Shown: positions 1 to 13,555 of the stretch, in pieces
Position numbering within the stretch: the stretch's first letter is position 1
Layout: each line of letters opens with the position of its first letter
NCBI GenBank assembly: GCA_043228905.1
Contig: JBHGNT010000008.1
Coordinates: 6,882,001-6,946,000 of the forward strand
Origin: Azolla caroliniana
Lineage: Eukaryota; Plantae; Polypodiophyta
Length of the DNA stretch: 64,000 nt
Reading direction: 5' to 3'
The notes under the pieces: model-generated
Seen by the model: the letters and a program-made list of their open reading frames with translations, nothing else
Database searches by the model: none
What the model was told of the DNA's origin: nothing
Translations under genes and position numbers: made by a program

Positions 1-2828
1 TCCATCTGCAACCAATTTCCTTCTTGTGCGGTGAGTGAGGGACGAGATCCCATGTCTCATTCTTGCTGAGAGCTTGCATCTCCTCATTCATCGCTTCGAC
101 CCATCAAGGATCTTTAGCAGCTTCAGCAAAGTTCTCCAGTTCTCGAATTGTTGCCACCTTCATCATAAAGGCATAGTGGTATGCCATATAGTCGTTGTAG
201 CCAAATCGGCTAACCGGATTCTTCTCTCGGGTGGAGTGACGGAGTTTCTCATTTGCCGATGTGAGTGCTTTCTCAACTCTGGGTGACCTCATAAGAGGCA
301 CATCAAAGCCATCAAACTCACTATCGAGTGAATGAGTCGATTCGTTTCCATCGAGGTGATCGTCTTCATATTCCGGCATTTTGGCCTTCCCTTTGTCCAT
401 CTTTTGGACTTGGCCGAGATGAGCTTTGGTTGCTCGGAGGCTCTTGTGGTCTGCTCAATCTAGTTGAGATCGGACTCTCTTCGAGTATTGACCTTAGTTT
501 ATCATCGTCTTCTGTGTTGTCGAGGTCGTTCGTAGATGGTTCGGGAGGAGTCGGCTCAGGTTTGTACCATGATGTTGATTCGTCAAAGACAACATCCCGA
601 CTTACACGAGTCTTCCGAGTAGAGGGGTTGAAGCACTTGTACCCCTTTTGCTCTTGTGAGTACCCCATGAGGATGCACTTCTTTGATTTTGGGTCAAGCT
701 TCTGCCACTTCTCATCGGGAATGTGCACGTATGTAATGGAGCTGAATATCCTTACATGGGATAGATCCGGTTTCTTCCCATAGTATTTCTCGCTCGGGGT
801 GACCTGGTGCACTCCGGATGTTGTGCATTGGTTCATGAGGTAGACGGCGGTATTTGCAGCTTTTGCCCAATATGACTTGGGCATATGCTTCTCATTTAGC
901 ATGGCCCTTGCTACTTCGAGGACGTGCCGATTCTTGCGTTTGGCTACACCGTTCTATTGTAGTGTGTGTCGGCAAGTGAATTCTCGCTGAATTCCTTCTT
1001 GTCGAAGGTATGCCGTGAACGCATCGGAGAAGTATTCCTTTCCTCCGTCTGACCAAAGACATCGTACATGACACCCAGTTCTCTTTTCGACTTCACTTTT
1101 GAATTTTTGGAAGTGTGTAAACACTTCGCGCTTCATCCTCATGGGAAAGATCCATGTGTATCTAGATAAGTCATCGATGAAGGTAACATAGTACCGACAT
1201 CCTCCGAACGTAGCCGCCTGTGCCGGTCCCCACACATCCGAGTGGACTACGTCCAATAGGCCTTTGCTCACGTTCCTCTCCTTCGGGAACGGGTGTCGAT
1301 GTTGCTTGCCGAATTGGCATGCTTCACATACTCCTTCAATCTCTTTCTCTTTGAAGGTCGGGAGCCCAATGACGACTCCTTTCGATTGCATTGCCTTGAG
1401 TTTGTTGAGATTGATATGGCCGATTCTTTTATGCCATAGCTCTATGTTAGTGTTGTGTTTGAGGCCCTTTGCAAACATGGCCGATTTTACCTCGTTCGCT
1501 TCGAGGATAAACATTCGACCTTCCCTTCGACCACGAGCAATTTGTCAGCCTTCCTTCTCGATGAAGCAACCTCCTTGGTTGAATCGAACTTGCATCCCTT
1601 GCTCCACAATTTGGCCGACAGAGACCAAATTCCTCGTTATGGTGGGTACATGTAAGACGTTTTTTATGCAAGTTTGTTCACCTTCTTTCCTAAATGGGAC
1701 ATTGCCGACATGCCGAATCGGATGAGTGGTGTCGTCTCTGGTCTCGACATAACCGGGTCGATCTGGCTCTCGAAGTTCTTTGAACCATTCTAGATGGGAC
1801 ATCATATGGTTCAAAGCACCGGAGTCGACGAACCATACATCTTCCGGATTGGAGGCATTAGTCGAAGTAGAGGCCGACATAGGATTTGCTCTATGTCTCA
1901 TTACAAACATTCCGCCATGATCTTCATAGTCGGAGTTGGTGGCGTAATTGGTGAGTTGTTGGCTTGTGGAAGCCGACTCGCGCTTCTTCTTTCGGCACTC
2001 TTCTTCATGGTGGCCGATTTTTCCGCAATAACTGTATTCGATCGAGTTTTGTCGACTCGAACCGGAATGGAAGCTCTCCCTTCTTCCGAAGGTTCCTCGA
2101 TGGCTTCCGTCTTGTTGCCGAATTTGGGAGTTGTCGTAAGTCGGACCTCGTATGCCACCTCGTCCTTGGCCGAATCGGCCTCTTGCTCGGCCGCGTCCTC
2201 TTCCTCCATTTGTATGCGTGTAGAGCATGTGGCCTTCCGAGGCGTTACTCCTTGTTCGAACATGATTCTCTTCAACCAATAACATAGATTGAAGATCGAA
2301 GAAAGAGGGAGGATTCTCCCTTGCTAGGATGGCGGTTCTCATCGAACCGAACCGTGGTGCAAGGCCGTTGAGGCATATTTGCACCATCTCATCATCATCC
2401 AAATTGACGCTTATTGAGCCGAGTGAGTCACGAAGTTCCTTGATCCTCAAGGTGTAGCTTGTGATGAACATGTCCCGTTGTTGGATGTTGTTCAACTCTT
2501 GGCGGAGTTGAAGCTTCCTCGCGGTCGTGTTGGCGGCGAAAATATTTCGTAGATTTTCCCACGCTTCCTTCGGCGTCTTGGCTTTTCGAATGTAACCGCG
2601 CATGTGGTCATGAACACATGTCGCCAAGCAATACATTACTTGACTCGCCGCTTGCTCCCATGTTGAGTAGTCGGCGTCTTCCGGGTCAGGTCGGTTTTCT
2701 TGTGCTCCCTTGATGTAACCCCAATAACCTTGGCCGACAAGGTATTGGTGCATCTTGTACTCCCAAGATGCGAAGTTGTTACGGTCCAACTTCTCACTAG
2801 GGAGAGTGCTCCCCATTTGAGTATTCAT
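1..2828 (-). pseudogene. copia gag-pol (gag, zinc knuckle, protease, GAG-pre-integrase, integrase) broken by stops and frameshifts
   Basis: ORFs 1545-2828 (WFVDSGA, degenerate knuckle YSYCGKIGHHEEEC), 954-1514 (LWHKRIGH, CEAC, VHSDVWGP, SDGGKEY), 366-902 (YWAKAANTAVY, SRDVVFDE), 104-400. Confidence 0.92.
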
Positions 2829-3387
2829 GGTGTTCGATGTAGATTTCTTCCTTCTTCTTCTCTCTTGAATATGAGCTATGTAGTCGCACGACGATAGCGA
2901 TGAGCCGGTTCTTCTTGAACGTCCGCGTAGAGCTCAACACACACGGATGGGCTAGATGGAGCTACCAGCCTCGCTTTGATACCATGTTAAGAATCGGTGG
3001 TGATTTTTGATAGCGGAATAGACTAGAGATATGTGTTGTGAGTGTGTGTGTGTGTGTGTATGAGAGAGAGAGAGGGAGAAAAACAAGATAGATAGATTTG
3101 TTTTTAAACAAGAATAGAATACTCAAGACAATGTATATTACAAAGGAGATTAACCGAACTTATTACAAAGTAGGAGGACAGTGCTTTATATAGTCACTCT
3201 CTCTCTTCATTAACTACCAAAGCTCATGGGTCATGGGGAATGTGAAAGCTCATTAGTTATGTGTCACAGAATATGATTCTATGACACATAGTTAATGTGT
3301 GGATAAGAGTGGTGACTTTTGACCTTTGACTGCACACTCTCAAGGGTGTGTTCACACACTAGACTAGGTTGAGCTTGATTCTCAACA
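1..3387 (-). mobile_element. Ty1/copia LTR retrotransposon, 5' half (continues left of window), decayed
   Basis: 5' LTR 2985-3387 (TGTT...AACA); tRNA-iMet primer binding site (PBS) TGGTATCAAAGC at 2973-2984 on minus; gag, protease and integrase ORF fragments; LTR related to 27033-27420. Confidence 0.93.
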
Positions 3388-4054
3388 GTGAGAAACCGGG
3401 GAATATTGGAAGAATCGGCGGAGTGCATCATGTGCACTTACCCTTGTAAAAACATCTGAATAATAGGGGGTGCCTTTATGGCGCCGAGTAGGAGTCAAGT
3501 CAAGACAAAGAATCCCATGTAAATTGGGATTTATCCCACATTGTTTTCGGTTAGGGTTCTTCAACTTCTTCTTCTCATTCGTGTCTGTTGAGGGTTTAGT
3601 CCGGTGAAGAGCTTCTATGTTCAGTGAGGTTTGCTTCTGCTCAGTCTCCTATGCAAGACCTCGCTCGGCGCGACGAGCCTGAGAGCTCCTCGTTCAGCGG
3701 CTTGGCAGTAGACGGCTGTTGTAACCTACCCTACCTTGGTCCGGCTCGAAGCCTAAGTTGTATCTTGTTCTTGTAATTGTATATATAAAAGGTTGTGCAT
3801 ATTTGTGTTTTTGTTGGTGTCGGGTGCGTTTCTTCCCCTTTGTTTCCTATACGTAAGGGGCGTGTGTTGAGTTGGTGTTACACACGTGGTCTCTCTCTCT
3901 CTCCCTCTCTCGTGTTCGGTAGCCGCCGGTACGTGTTCGGAATCGCACCGGTTTGTGCCACAACCGGTGCAGCCGGGACTGGAGAGAAGTCGGCTTCTCG
4001 ACACCCATCTCTTCCTCATCCGAGACCCCCATGGTCCCACCCCTTTCGACACGT
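3388..4054 (+). repeat. LTR of the Trp-primed family B (opposite orientation to 4055-4810); its last 24 bp resume at 20642-20665
   Basis: Reverse-complement similarity to LTR 4055-4810; ends ...GATTACCGCAACA at 20665, split by element 4055-20641. Confidence 0.8.
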
Positions 4055-5619
4055 TGTTGCGTTATTACGCGCATACGTGTAGAAGGGGTGGGACCACGGG
4101 GGTCTCGGACTAGGGAGAAAGGGGTGCCGAGAAACCGACTCCGGACATGTCCCAGAGGCAACCGAACACAAGAGAGAGAGAAAGAGACCAAAGAGAGAGA
4201 GCATGCGCAGGACACCGACTCTTATGCACAGGGAACAAGGGCTATGCTCCCAACACCGCCAATACACCAATATGCATAGACAAGTATAAGTATATATATT
4301 ACAGGGGGGAAGATACAACCCCGGCTTCGAGCCGGACCAAGGTAGGGTAGGTTACAACATCAATATGCTGCCAAGCCGCCGATCGGGGAGCTCTCGGGCT
4401 CGTCGCGCCGAGCGGGGTCTTGCACAGGAGACCGAGAAGAAGCAAACCCTAATCAGACACGAACTCTCAACCCACACGACGAAGAAGAAGAAGACAAGAA
4501 ACTACCTAGATGAAACCCTAGAACGAAGTAAGAATAAGAGAAGGGGAATACTACCAAACCCTAGACCTAAGTGGTATACCCTCGTAACTCAAAATGGGCA
4601 ACCCTTTTACGAAGGGCGCTCCCTTCCTTTTATAGAAAAAGGAGAGGGATACATAACAATGTGGAATAAATCCCTTATTACATGGGATCCTCTGTCCCGA
4701 CTTAACTCCTATTATTCACACGTTTTTACAAGGGTAAGTGCACATGGTGCACTCTGCCGATTCTTCCGATATTCTCCGGTTTCTCACTATGGCCCGGAAT
4801 CTTCACGACATCTGCCCCCACCAAACCGCACATCCACCGGTACGTGCCAAGTTCGGAGAAGAGTGAGAGATTCTGGCCGGTGAGGAACCGGTCTTCCGTA
4901 ATCCGCATTCCGACTGCGTGTTGGCCTCGCCAGTCCAAACCGTCGGCTCTGATTCCTTCTCCGCGTTTGCCTCCGGCAAGCTCGTTCGACCCGTCGATAG
5001 GTCATTCGCCGCGATCCTGTGGTGCGCGTGCTCCTCCGTTGGCCCTTCTTTCGACCACATGCATGCTTCTCGTTCCGTCGGATATGCGGTGTCCTCCATC
5101 CGAGGAGCACCCGTGATGGCCCGCTTGGCCTCCGTCGACCTCTGCGTCGTCCCGATTCTCGTTCCTGGCACCACCATGTGCCATCCTTCGTCGTCCTTGT
5201 TCGGCACCGCCTTTGCCGAACACCGTCCCGTAATCATGCTTTGAACCGGCCCTCAATGGCCATATGCACATCTCTTATTCGGCTTTGGGTGCGCCATCCC
5301 GGCTTGGCACACCGCTGCTTGCTTGCCCTTACCGGCTACTTCTGAAACCGTAACCGGCTGGTAAGGGTTCGCCTCATTTTTCACTCTTCTGCATTGTCGG
5401 GTCATGTTTCTTGCCACCACTGTCCTTCTCACTCGGTCTCATGCTGCCATGTCGGCTTGAGCTGCCGGTGTCTCCGGATTGGTGTGAGAATCATCGTAGG
5501 ACCTGTCTTCCGCTGCCTTTTCCCTCCATCGACCTTGCCGGAAGGTTCAGTTGTGGTTTGTGGCCGCCTTGCCGGCCCAATACCTCCTTGCCACTTTTCC
5601 TTTGTCATCCGATCACGTT

Positions 5620-6480
5620 CTCCTGCCACCACCGATCTCTCCTATAGGACTCACGTTGGCACTCGGGCTAACCGCCGAATCGGTGTGAGGATCTTCGTGG
5701 GACTTCCCCCTTTGCCGTCTCGATTGCCCGCCTTGCCACCGCCATCGTTTTTCCCTCTTGGTCTCACGCTTGCTCTCAGGCCGATCGCCAGAGTATCTAG
5801 AACTGATGTGTGTAAGGTCATAGCAACACCGCTTGCCGTTTTCCTCTCGCCGTAGTCCCGACCTCCGCGTCGGCCTCTTCGGTTGGTCACTTTCATCTGC
5901 CGCCACTGATCTCTCCTATAGGACTCACGCCGGCACTCGGGCCGACCGCCAGATCGGTGTGAGGATCTCCGCAAACCGCCCATCCTCAGTCCTTTGCCTT
6001 CGTCCCCTTGCCATTCGATCATGTTCACTTGCCGCCACCAATCTCTCTTATAGGACTCACGCCGGCACTCGAGTCGACCGCCGGATCAGTGTAAGGATCT
6101 TTGTGGGACTTCCCCCTTTGCCGTCTCGGTTGCCGCCTTGCCGCTACCACCGTTCTTCCCTCTTGGTCTCACTCCGGCTCTCGGCCCGACTGCCGGAGTG
6201 TCTAGAACCGATGTGTGTAAGGTCGTAGCAACACCGCTTGCCGTTTTCTTCTCGCCTTAGTCCCAACCTCCGCGTCGGCCTCTTCAGCTGGTCACGTTCA
6301 CCTGCCGCCACTGATCTCTGCTATAGGACTCACGCCGGCACTCGGGCCAACCGCCAAATCGGTGTGAGGATCTCTGTAGACCGCCCCCTCCACTGTCCTT
6401 TGCCTTCATCCCCTCGTCGTCACTCTAGGTCTCACGCCGGCTCTCGAGCCGACCGTTGGAGTCTGTAGAACCGGTGTGAA
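5620..6480. repeat. Degenerate internal tandem repeats of family B
   Basis: Motif CTCTC(C/T)TATAGGACTCACGCCGGCACTCGGGCCGACCGCC..ATCGGTGTGAGGATC recurs at ~5636, 5910, 6043, 6315. Confidence 0.8.
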
Positions 6481-6653
6481 GGATCCTCCTCAGGCTTGTC
6501 GTATCTCTTACCCTTATCCTGGGTCTTCCTTCTTTCGCAACTTGAGAGGGTGGCTCGCTCCACACCCTCTCCCGTGGTACTGACGTACCGTGTTCCGGCC
6601 TCCCCGTAGGCCTGCCTCTGCCTCCCTTCCGGGTCAGTTATCCAGAAGCCCGT

Positions 6654-6787
6654 TGTCGCGTTGTTACGCGCGTGCGTGGAGAAAGGCGGGACCACGGGGG
6701 TCTTGGACTAGGGTATCCCAAAAGCATGCCGGAAGCAACCGAAGAGAGAGAGAGAAAGAGAGGGAGTGCGCGCTTGACACCGACTCA

Positions 6788-6829
<42 letters not shown>

Positions 6830-9800
6830 GCTCACGCCCTCATGTATAGGAAACGCAGGAAAGGAGGGGAGCACCTGACACCAACAAGACGCCAATATAC
6901 ACAGACAGACGCAAACGTATATGTATACATATATAAGAAGAATACACTCCCGGCTTCGAGCCGGACTGAGGTAGGTTACAGTAGTCGTCTTCTACCAAGC
7001 CGCCGTCGGGGAGCTCACAGGCTCGTCGCGCCGAGCGGGGTCTTGCGCAGGAGATGAGCTGAAGCAAACCCTAAACGAACACGAAGGGGAGAAGAAGAAG
7101 AAACTAACTCTAAACCTAACGGTATACCCTCTAATGCAAAATGGGCAACCCTTTCCCAAAGGGTGATCCCTTCCTTTTATAGTACAAGGAGAGGGATGCG
7201 TTACAATGTGGGACAAATCCTGCCGTTGATCATTCGCTTGGCCTCCGTTGATCATTCGCGTCGTCCTGATTGCCGTCCTATGTCGTTTCGCGTTGCCTTC
7301 GTCCTTTTGCCACCACCTTCCTTCTCCATGTTCTTACAACGTCGCGTCGGCTCGAACCTCCATGGTCTCTGGAACGGTTTGGAGGATCCCTTTCCGGCCT
7401 TCTCCGCGATACCTTCGAACCGCGCAACCGATCTCCGCGCTCGCCTTCCCGCTCCGGCACCTCCGTGTGCCACATACCCTCGTCCGTTGTTGGCACTGCC
7501 TGTGTTGCACTCCTTATCGGCCCCCTTTCCGGCCAGATCATGCATCGCCGCTTACCCGCATACCGGTGTCCTTGGTATCTGAGGAACACCCCGTAGTAGC
7601 CCGCTTGGCCCTTCCCGTCTTCGTGCTGCCTCGATAGGTCCTGAGTCTTCCGCTTGCCGTCGTCCCCTCGCCCCCACCAGCTTGTCATCCCGGCTTGCCG
7701 TGTCAGTCTTCGCTACTTCGACGGAGCTACCGAGATCTACGAAGTGAGTGTGGAGGGTCCTCCTCCGGCCTCTCTTGTCATCCCCTGACTCCGACCCTAT
7801 GCAGTCCACTAGGCACTTGTCACCTCGTTCCCGGCACCTCCCTTGGGCCTTCTTCCGCTTCCTTCGTTCGGCCCCGCCCGCGCTGAACACCGTCTCGTAG
7901 TCACGCCTCGATCCGGCCCGTGATGGCCACTTGCGAGACTCTTGTTTTGTCCCAGGTGTGCCTTTCCAGCCTGACACACCTCCCGGTGTTTGCCCCTACC
8001 GGCTCCTTCCGAAACCTCGTGTTGTCGGGTCCCGTTCCCTGTCGCCACCGTCCTTCTCCATAGGTCTTTCGTTGCCGCGTTGGCCGATCAGCCGAGTTCT
8101 CCGGATCGGTGTGAGGGTTCCATAGGACCAGACTCTGTTTCTATGCTGGCTGAAATTCGGGTGGCTTTTGTTTGAGTCCCTCCCGAGCTGTCCTCGTGTC
8201 TTCCGCGTAGTCGGGTCCTGTTTCCCGCCGCCACCTTCCTTCTCCCTCGGTCTTACATTGCCACGTTGGCCGAACCACCGGAGTCTCTGGTTAAGTGTGG
8301 GGATCCCATAGGACCGGACTTCCTTATGCCCATTGCCTCCGTCACTTCGCCGCCACCGTCAGTATCTTGGTCTTACGTCGACCGTGTTGCCGATTGCCGA
8401 AGTCTCTAGAACCGGTGGGAAGCATCCTCCGTAGACCGCCCAGCCATAGCCCCTTTGCCTTTGTCACCTCGCCGCCACCGTCAGTATCTTGGTCTTACGT
8501 CGACCGCGTTTCCGACTGCCAAAGTCTCTAGAACCGGTGTGAAGGATCCTCCGTAGACCTCCGATTTTTCTTCCCGACCCTGTCCCGGGTCGTCCCTTTC
8601 CGCATGCCGAGAGGGCGTTTTGTTCCGCACCCTCTCCCGTGGTACCGACGTACCGTGACCTTGGCCTCTTCGTAGGCCAGCTCTCTTCCTCCCTCCCGGA
8701 ATGGAGTCCGCACCGCCTGATTCTCGCTCAGGTCCGTTCGTCCTTCCATCTCTCGACCTTCGCCCGGTCGGACTTTCTCCCCATGTAAAAGAGGGCGGCT
8801 CGTCCCGCACCCTCTCCCGTATCGGCACCTTTATGCCGAGTCCGGCCCCGATCGAACAATCCACGACCGGATCACGCTCCATCCGTATCGGAATGCCGAT
8901 CTCCTCGTGCCGCTTCCGTCCTTGGCCTCCTCGCAGGCTGTTTCCCATCCGTCTTCACTGGCATCGGGCCAAGACTCCTCGGTACTGCCATCCATCTCCT
9001 CGGTCTTACATGGCCATACGGGCCCGAATGCCGAGTTCTCCAGAATCGAGTCCGTGGGCTTTCGTCCGCTCCTTCCCCGTATCGTCTCGCCGGTGATTCT
9101 TGCCCTTTCGCCGCCGCCTTCCTCCGCTTGGGACTCACGTGGGCACTTGGGCCCGACTGCCATCATCTCGGGAGCAAGTGTGGGAAGACACAAAGAATAG
9201 CCCGTCCGTTTTACGCCCTTGTCCGTAGCCACCGACTCTTCGTGGTCGGCGGTCGTCTTCTTACCGATCACGCAAGCCCCGTCTGGGCTTGCTTTCCCAA
9301 TGACCAGGATCTCGGGCTGACACGCCCGAAACCGCTGGTCCCAATGTTCCGGTTCCGCGATCTGTATCTCGGCCTCGTCCTTGGCCGTTCTATCTCTGCA
9401 AGTCGAGAGGGCGTTTCGTTCCGCACCCTCTCCCGTGGTACCATCGTACCGATTTTCCGCCGTCGCGTGGGGCAGGCCCGTCTCCTCAGTCTCGGCTTGC
9501 GGCCTTGATCTTTCCTCTTCCTTGAGCATCGCCTCGAGAGCTGCGTACGCCTCCGCAATCCTGGCCCCAACGCGGATCCTTGCCAACTCCCTTTTCCGTT
9601 CGACCTCTTCCCGCTATAATGGCACGCCGTCACGCCCCTTCCTCTTAGCCTTCTCAGCTCGCTCTTTGTCTAGCCGTTGGCACACCCTTCCGACCTTCGA
9701 CCAGTCCTCCGTAAGCCTATTCGCTCCATCATCGTCTTCGAGCTCAATCCCGATGGCTTCCCGTTCCGCTCGGTCGATCGACCTGACGAACAAAAGGACT

Positions 9801-11063
9801 TTGTCCGCCCCCACCAAACCTTGTTCCCGCTCGGGAGCCGAGCAAGCCGTCGCTCGAACTCTCGGAACGCCTTGGCAGCGCCCCGGTGGGTCTTTGCCGA
9901 TGCTACCCACTGGTCAAAGTTGTGTCGTCCCCGGCTCTTCCGCCGTCTTCCGTATGCCTTCAGGAGCGCCTCTTCGAAGGCCTCCCACGAACTATGAGCC
10001 TCGCGGAGCTCCTTTACTTCCGCATGCATCCGGACAGCCACGACACGACAGAAGAACTCCAACCTCAACGCCTCGTCTACGCCACGCTCCTCCATTTCCG
10101 CATTGTAGGCTTCCAAGTAAGATGGGACTTTGTCCCCGTTGAAACGGCCGACTCTTTCGACCACTCGCTCAACCGCTTGTTGCGCTGCTTCTCGCCTCAT
10201 CACCACTCGTGCCGACTACAACACCACTTCGGCCACCATCTTCGCAAGGTCGTCGTCTTCCGACTCTATCCTCCCTTGCCGCCCTTCACGTCGGGTTCAC
10301 CAAATATGTCGCGTTGTTACGCGCGTGCGTGGAGAAAGGCGGGACCACGGGGGTCTTGGACTAGGGAGCGACGGAGTGTAGGAAGTCGCACTTCACCGTT
10401 TCCGGGCATCCCAGAAGCACGCCGGAAGCAACCGAAGGGAGAGAGAGAAAGAGAGGGAGCGCGCGCTTGACACCGACTCGCGCACACGCACGCACACACA
10501 CACACACACGTAGCTCATGCCCTCATGTACAGGAAACGCAAGAAAGGAGGGGAGCACCCGACACCAACAAGACGCCAATATACACAGACAGACGCAAACG
10601 TATATGTATACATATATAAGAAGAATACACTCCCGGCTTCGAGCCGGACTGAGGTAGGTTACAGTAGTCGTCTTCTGCCAAGCCATCGTCGGGGAGCTCA
10701 CGGGCTCGTCGCGCCGAGCGGGGTCTTGCGCAGGAGATGAGCTGAAGCAAACCCTAAATGAACACGAAGGGGAGAAGAAGAAGAAACTAACTCTAAACCT
10801 AACGGTATACCCTCTAATGCAAAATGGGCAACCCTTTCCCAAAGGGTGATCCCTTCCTTTTATAGTACAAGGAGAGGGATGCGTTACAGTGTGGGACAAA
10901 TCCCACCTTACATGGGATCGTCTGCCCCGACTTGACTCTCTTCGGCGCCATAAAGGCGCCCTCGATATTCACACTAAATGTACATGGGTGCGTACACACG
11001 CTGCACCCCGCCGATGTAGCCAACGTTCCCGGTTTCTGCCTCTGGCCGAAATTCTTCACGACA
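6654..11063 (-). mobile_element. Non-autonomous gypsy-type LTR element B2 nested in B1
   Basis: LTRs 6654-~7220 (truncated) and 10307-11063; perfect PBS match TTCACGTCGGGTTCACCA (tRNA-Trp 3' end) at 10285-10302; flanks CCGT/CTGC compatible with a decayed 4-bp CCGC TSD. Confidence 0.85.
9614..10269 (-). pseudogene. gag-like ORF of element B2 (frameshifted)
   Basis: VGRFNGDKVPSYLEAYNAEM...WEAFEEALL; homologous to 20165-20422/12400-12834 and to gag 46690-47091. Confidence 0.75.
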
Positions 11064-12834
11064 CTGCTCCGCTCGATTCTCGTCCGGGCCCATTCGTCAT
11101 TCTCTGGATTTCTAGGTCCCGTTCTCCTGCCGCCACCATCAGTATCTTGGTCTTACGTCGAACCCGATGCCCACCGCCGAAGTCTCTAGATCCGGTGTGA
11201 GGTGACCCATAGGACCAGTCTTCCCTCTCCGCTTCGTCCCTTGTACTTCTCTCGAATTCGTCATCGCTCTCCTTGCTACATTCCCGCCTCCATCTTCCAT
11301 GTCTTTCGCTCTCACGTTGCCACGACGGCCGAACTACCGAAGTCTCCGGTCAAGATGTGGGGACACCGATTTCGTAACGACTCCCGACAACTCATCCGGG
11401 CCACCGACCCTGTTAGTGGTGTCGGTGGAGAGCATCAGCTCTATGATCGATCAAGCCCCGCATGGGCTTGATTCTCCAATGTCCGGAGTTTCGGCTCCAA
11501 TGCCAATCCTGCCTGACTCGTTACACACCCTTGATCATTTCCCTTTCGTTTCCCGATCTTCGCCTGGTCGGTCTTTCTCCCCATGTAAAAGAGGGCAGCT
11601 CATTCCGCACCCTCTCCCGTATCGGCACCTTCATGCCAATTCTGGCCCCGGTCGAACAATCCACGACCGGATCGCTCTCCACTTGAATCGAAGCGCCACA
11701 CGGTTCGGTCTCCGGTCGGGTCGTTTCTTGGTCTCTTCATCGACCTTCTCGCGGGCCATTTCCCATCCCTCTTCGCTGGCATCATGCCAGGACTCCTGGA
11801 TACCGTCATCCATCTCCTCGGTCTCACATGGGCGTAAGGGCCCGAATGCCGAGTTCTCCGGAATCGGTTCTGAGGGCTCTTATCTGTTCCTTCCCTGTAT
11901 CGTCTCACCGGCGATTCTCGGTCTTACGCCGCCACCTTCCTCCTTTTGGGACTCACGTGGGCACTCGGGCCCGACTACCATCGTCTCAGGAGCAAGTGTG
12001 GGAAGACGCATAGAATCGTCTGTCCGTTTTACACCCTTGTCCGTAGCCACCTGCTCCTCGTGGTCGGTGATCATCTTCTTCCCGATCGTGCAAGCCATGC
12101 TTGGGCTTGCTTCTCCAACGTCCAGAGTTTCGGGCTAACGTGCCCGAAACCGTCGGTCCCAACGTTCCGATTCTGCGATCGGTATCTCGGCCTTATCCTT
12201 GGTCGTTCTATCTCTACAAGTCGAGAGGGCGTTTTGTACCGCACCCTCTCCCGTGGTACCTTCATACTGATCTTCTGCCATCTCGTGGGGCAAGTCTGTC
12301 TCCTCGGCGTCGACTTGTGGCCTCGTTCTTTCCTCATCCTCGAGCATTGCCTCGAGAGTTGTGTATGCCTTCGCAATCCTGGCCACGAAGCTGAGCCTTG
12401 CCGAATCTCTTTGCCGTTCAACCTCTTCCCGTTGTGATGGCGCGCCGTCGCACGCCTTCCTCCTACCCTTCTCGGACCACTCGTCATCTAGCCATTGGCA
12501 TACCCTTCCGACCTTCAACCAGTCCTCCAAAAGGCCATTCACTCTGTCCTCGTCTTCAAGCTCAATCCCAATGGCCTCCTGTTCCGCTCGGTCGATTCAC
12601 TTAACGAACAATAGGACTTTGTCTGCCCCCACCAAACCTTGTTCCCGCTCTGGGAGCCGAGCAAGCCGTCGCTCGAACTCTCGGAACGCCTTCATTGCAC
12701 CCTGGTGGGTCTTCGCCGATGCAACCCACTGGTCGAAGTTGCATCGTCCCCGGCTCTTCCGACGTCCTCCATATGCTTGTAGGAGCGCCTCTTTGAAGGC
12801 CTCCCACAAACTATGAGCTTCTCGGAGCTCCTTC

Positions 12835-12871
12835 AACACCGGGTCATTTGAAACAGGTAATATGTCGTATT
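12835..12871 (+). repeat. Left TIR AACACCGGGTCATTTGAAACAGGTAATATGTCGTATT
   Basis: Reverse complement of 20128-20164, 36/37 identical. Confidence 0.95.
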
Positions 12872-13555
12872 CTCTTTTGGCATAGTTGGTCAGATGTAGA
12901 AAAGTACCCTATTTTAGCCTGATATCGAAAATATACGATGCATGTGTACCCCTTTTGCGACTTGATGGTTAAATATAGAACAAAAAAAACCTCGCAATTA
13001 CTAAATTGTATATGTGTCCACATTCGTGTCAATTTGCATATCATGGAGCACAATTGAAGACTTGGTTCAATATAAAGTTCTAAAATTGGTATCCATATTC
13101 AAATTGTAGAGTAAAACTAGATAAACCGTAATTATAAATATGTGGTTTTGGGTTTAGGAATAAAGTAGTACCCCACTTGTTGGACGGGTATATCGATAGT
13201 TTCATTGTATAATGTCATATAGTTCATGACAATGTAATTGGTAAGAGTAACAATTACGTACGACATTCATTTATACTATGTGTAACCAGTAGACTTGAAC
13301 CGTAGGTAACTAAAAACCTCTTATTATAAAAAACATTCACCTTTTCATATACAGTCATGCTAACGAAAATGAGAAATTACAATATCATGTTAATATCTCA
13401 AACTGAAGAAGAGCATGGTGACCAATTATATGTAAATACAAACTACGGTTCCAATAATGATTAAAAAGGGAAATTATGAACAGGTGAATTTAATTAAACG
13501 ATAAACAATTACAGATGTTCTCATTTACAAATATAATATGAAGTGATGGTGAACA

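Noticed and set aside
4365-12400. Many overlapping 60-280 aa ORFs in the GC-rich interiors of family B
   Set aside because: No recognisable motifs, open on both strands, and not conserved in frame between copies; expected from GC-rich repeats
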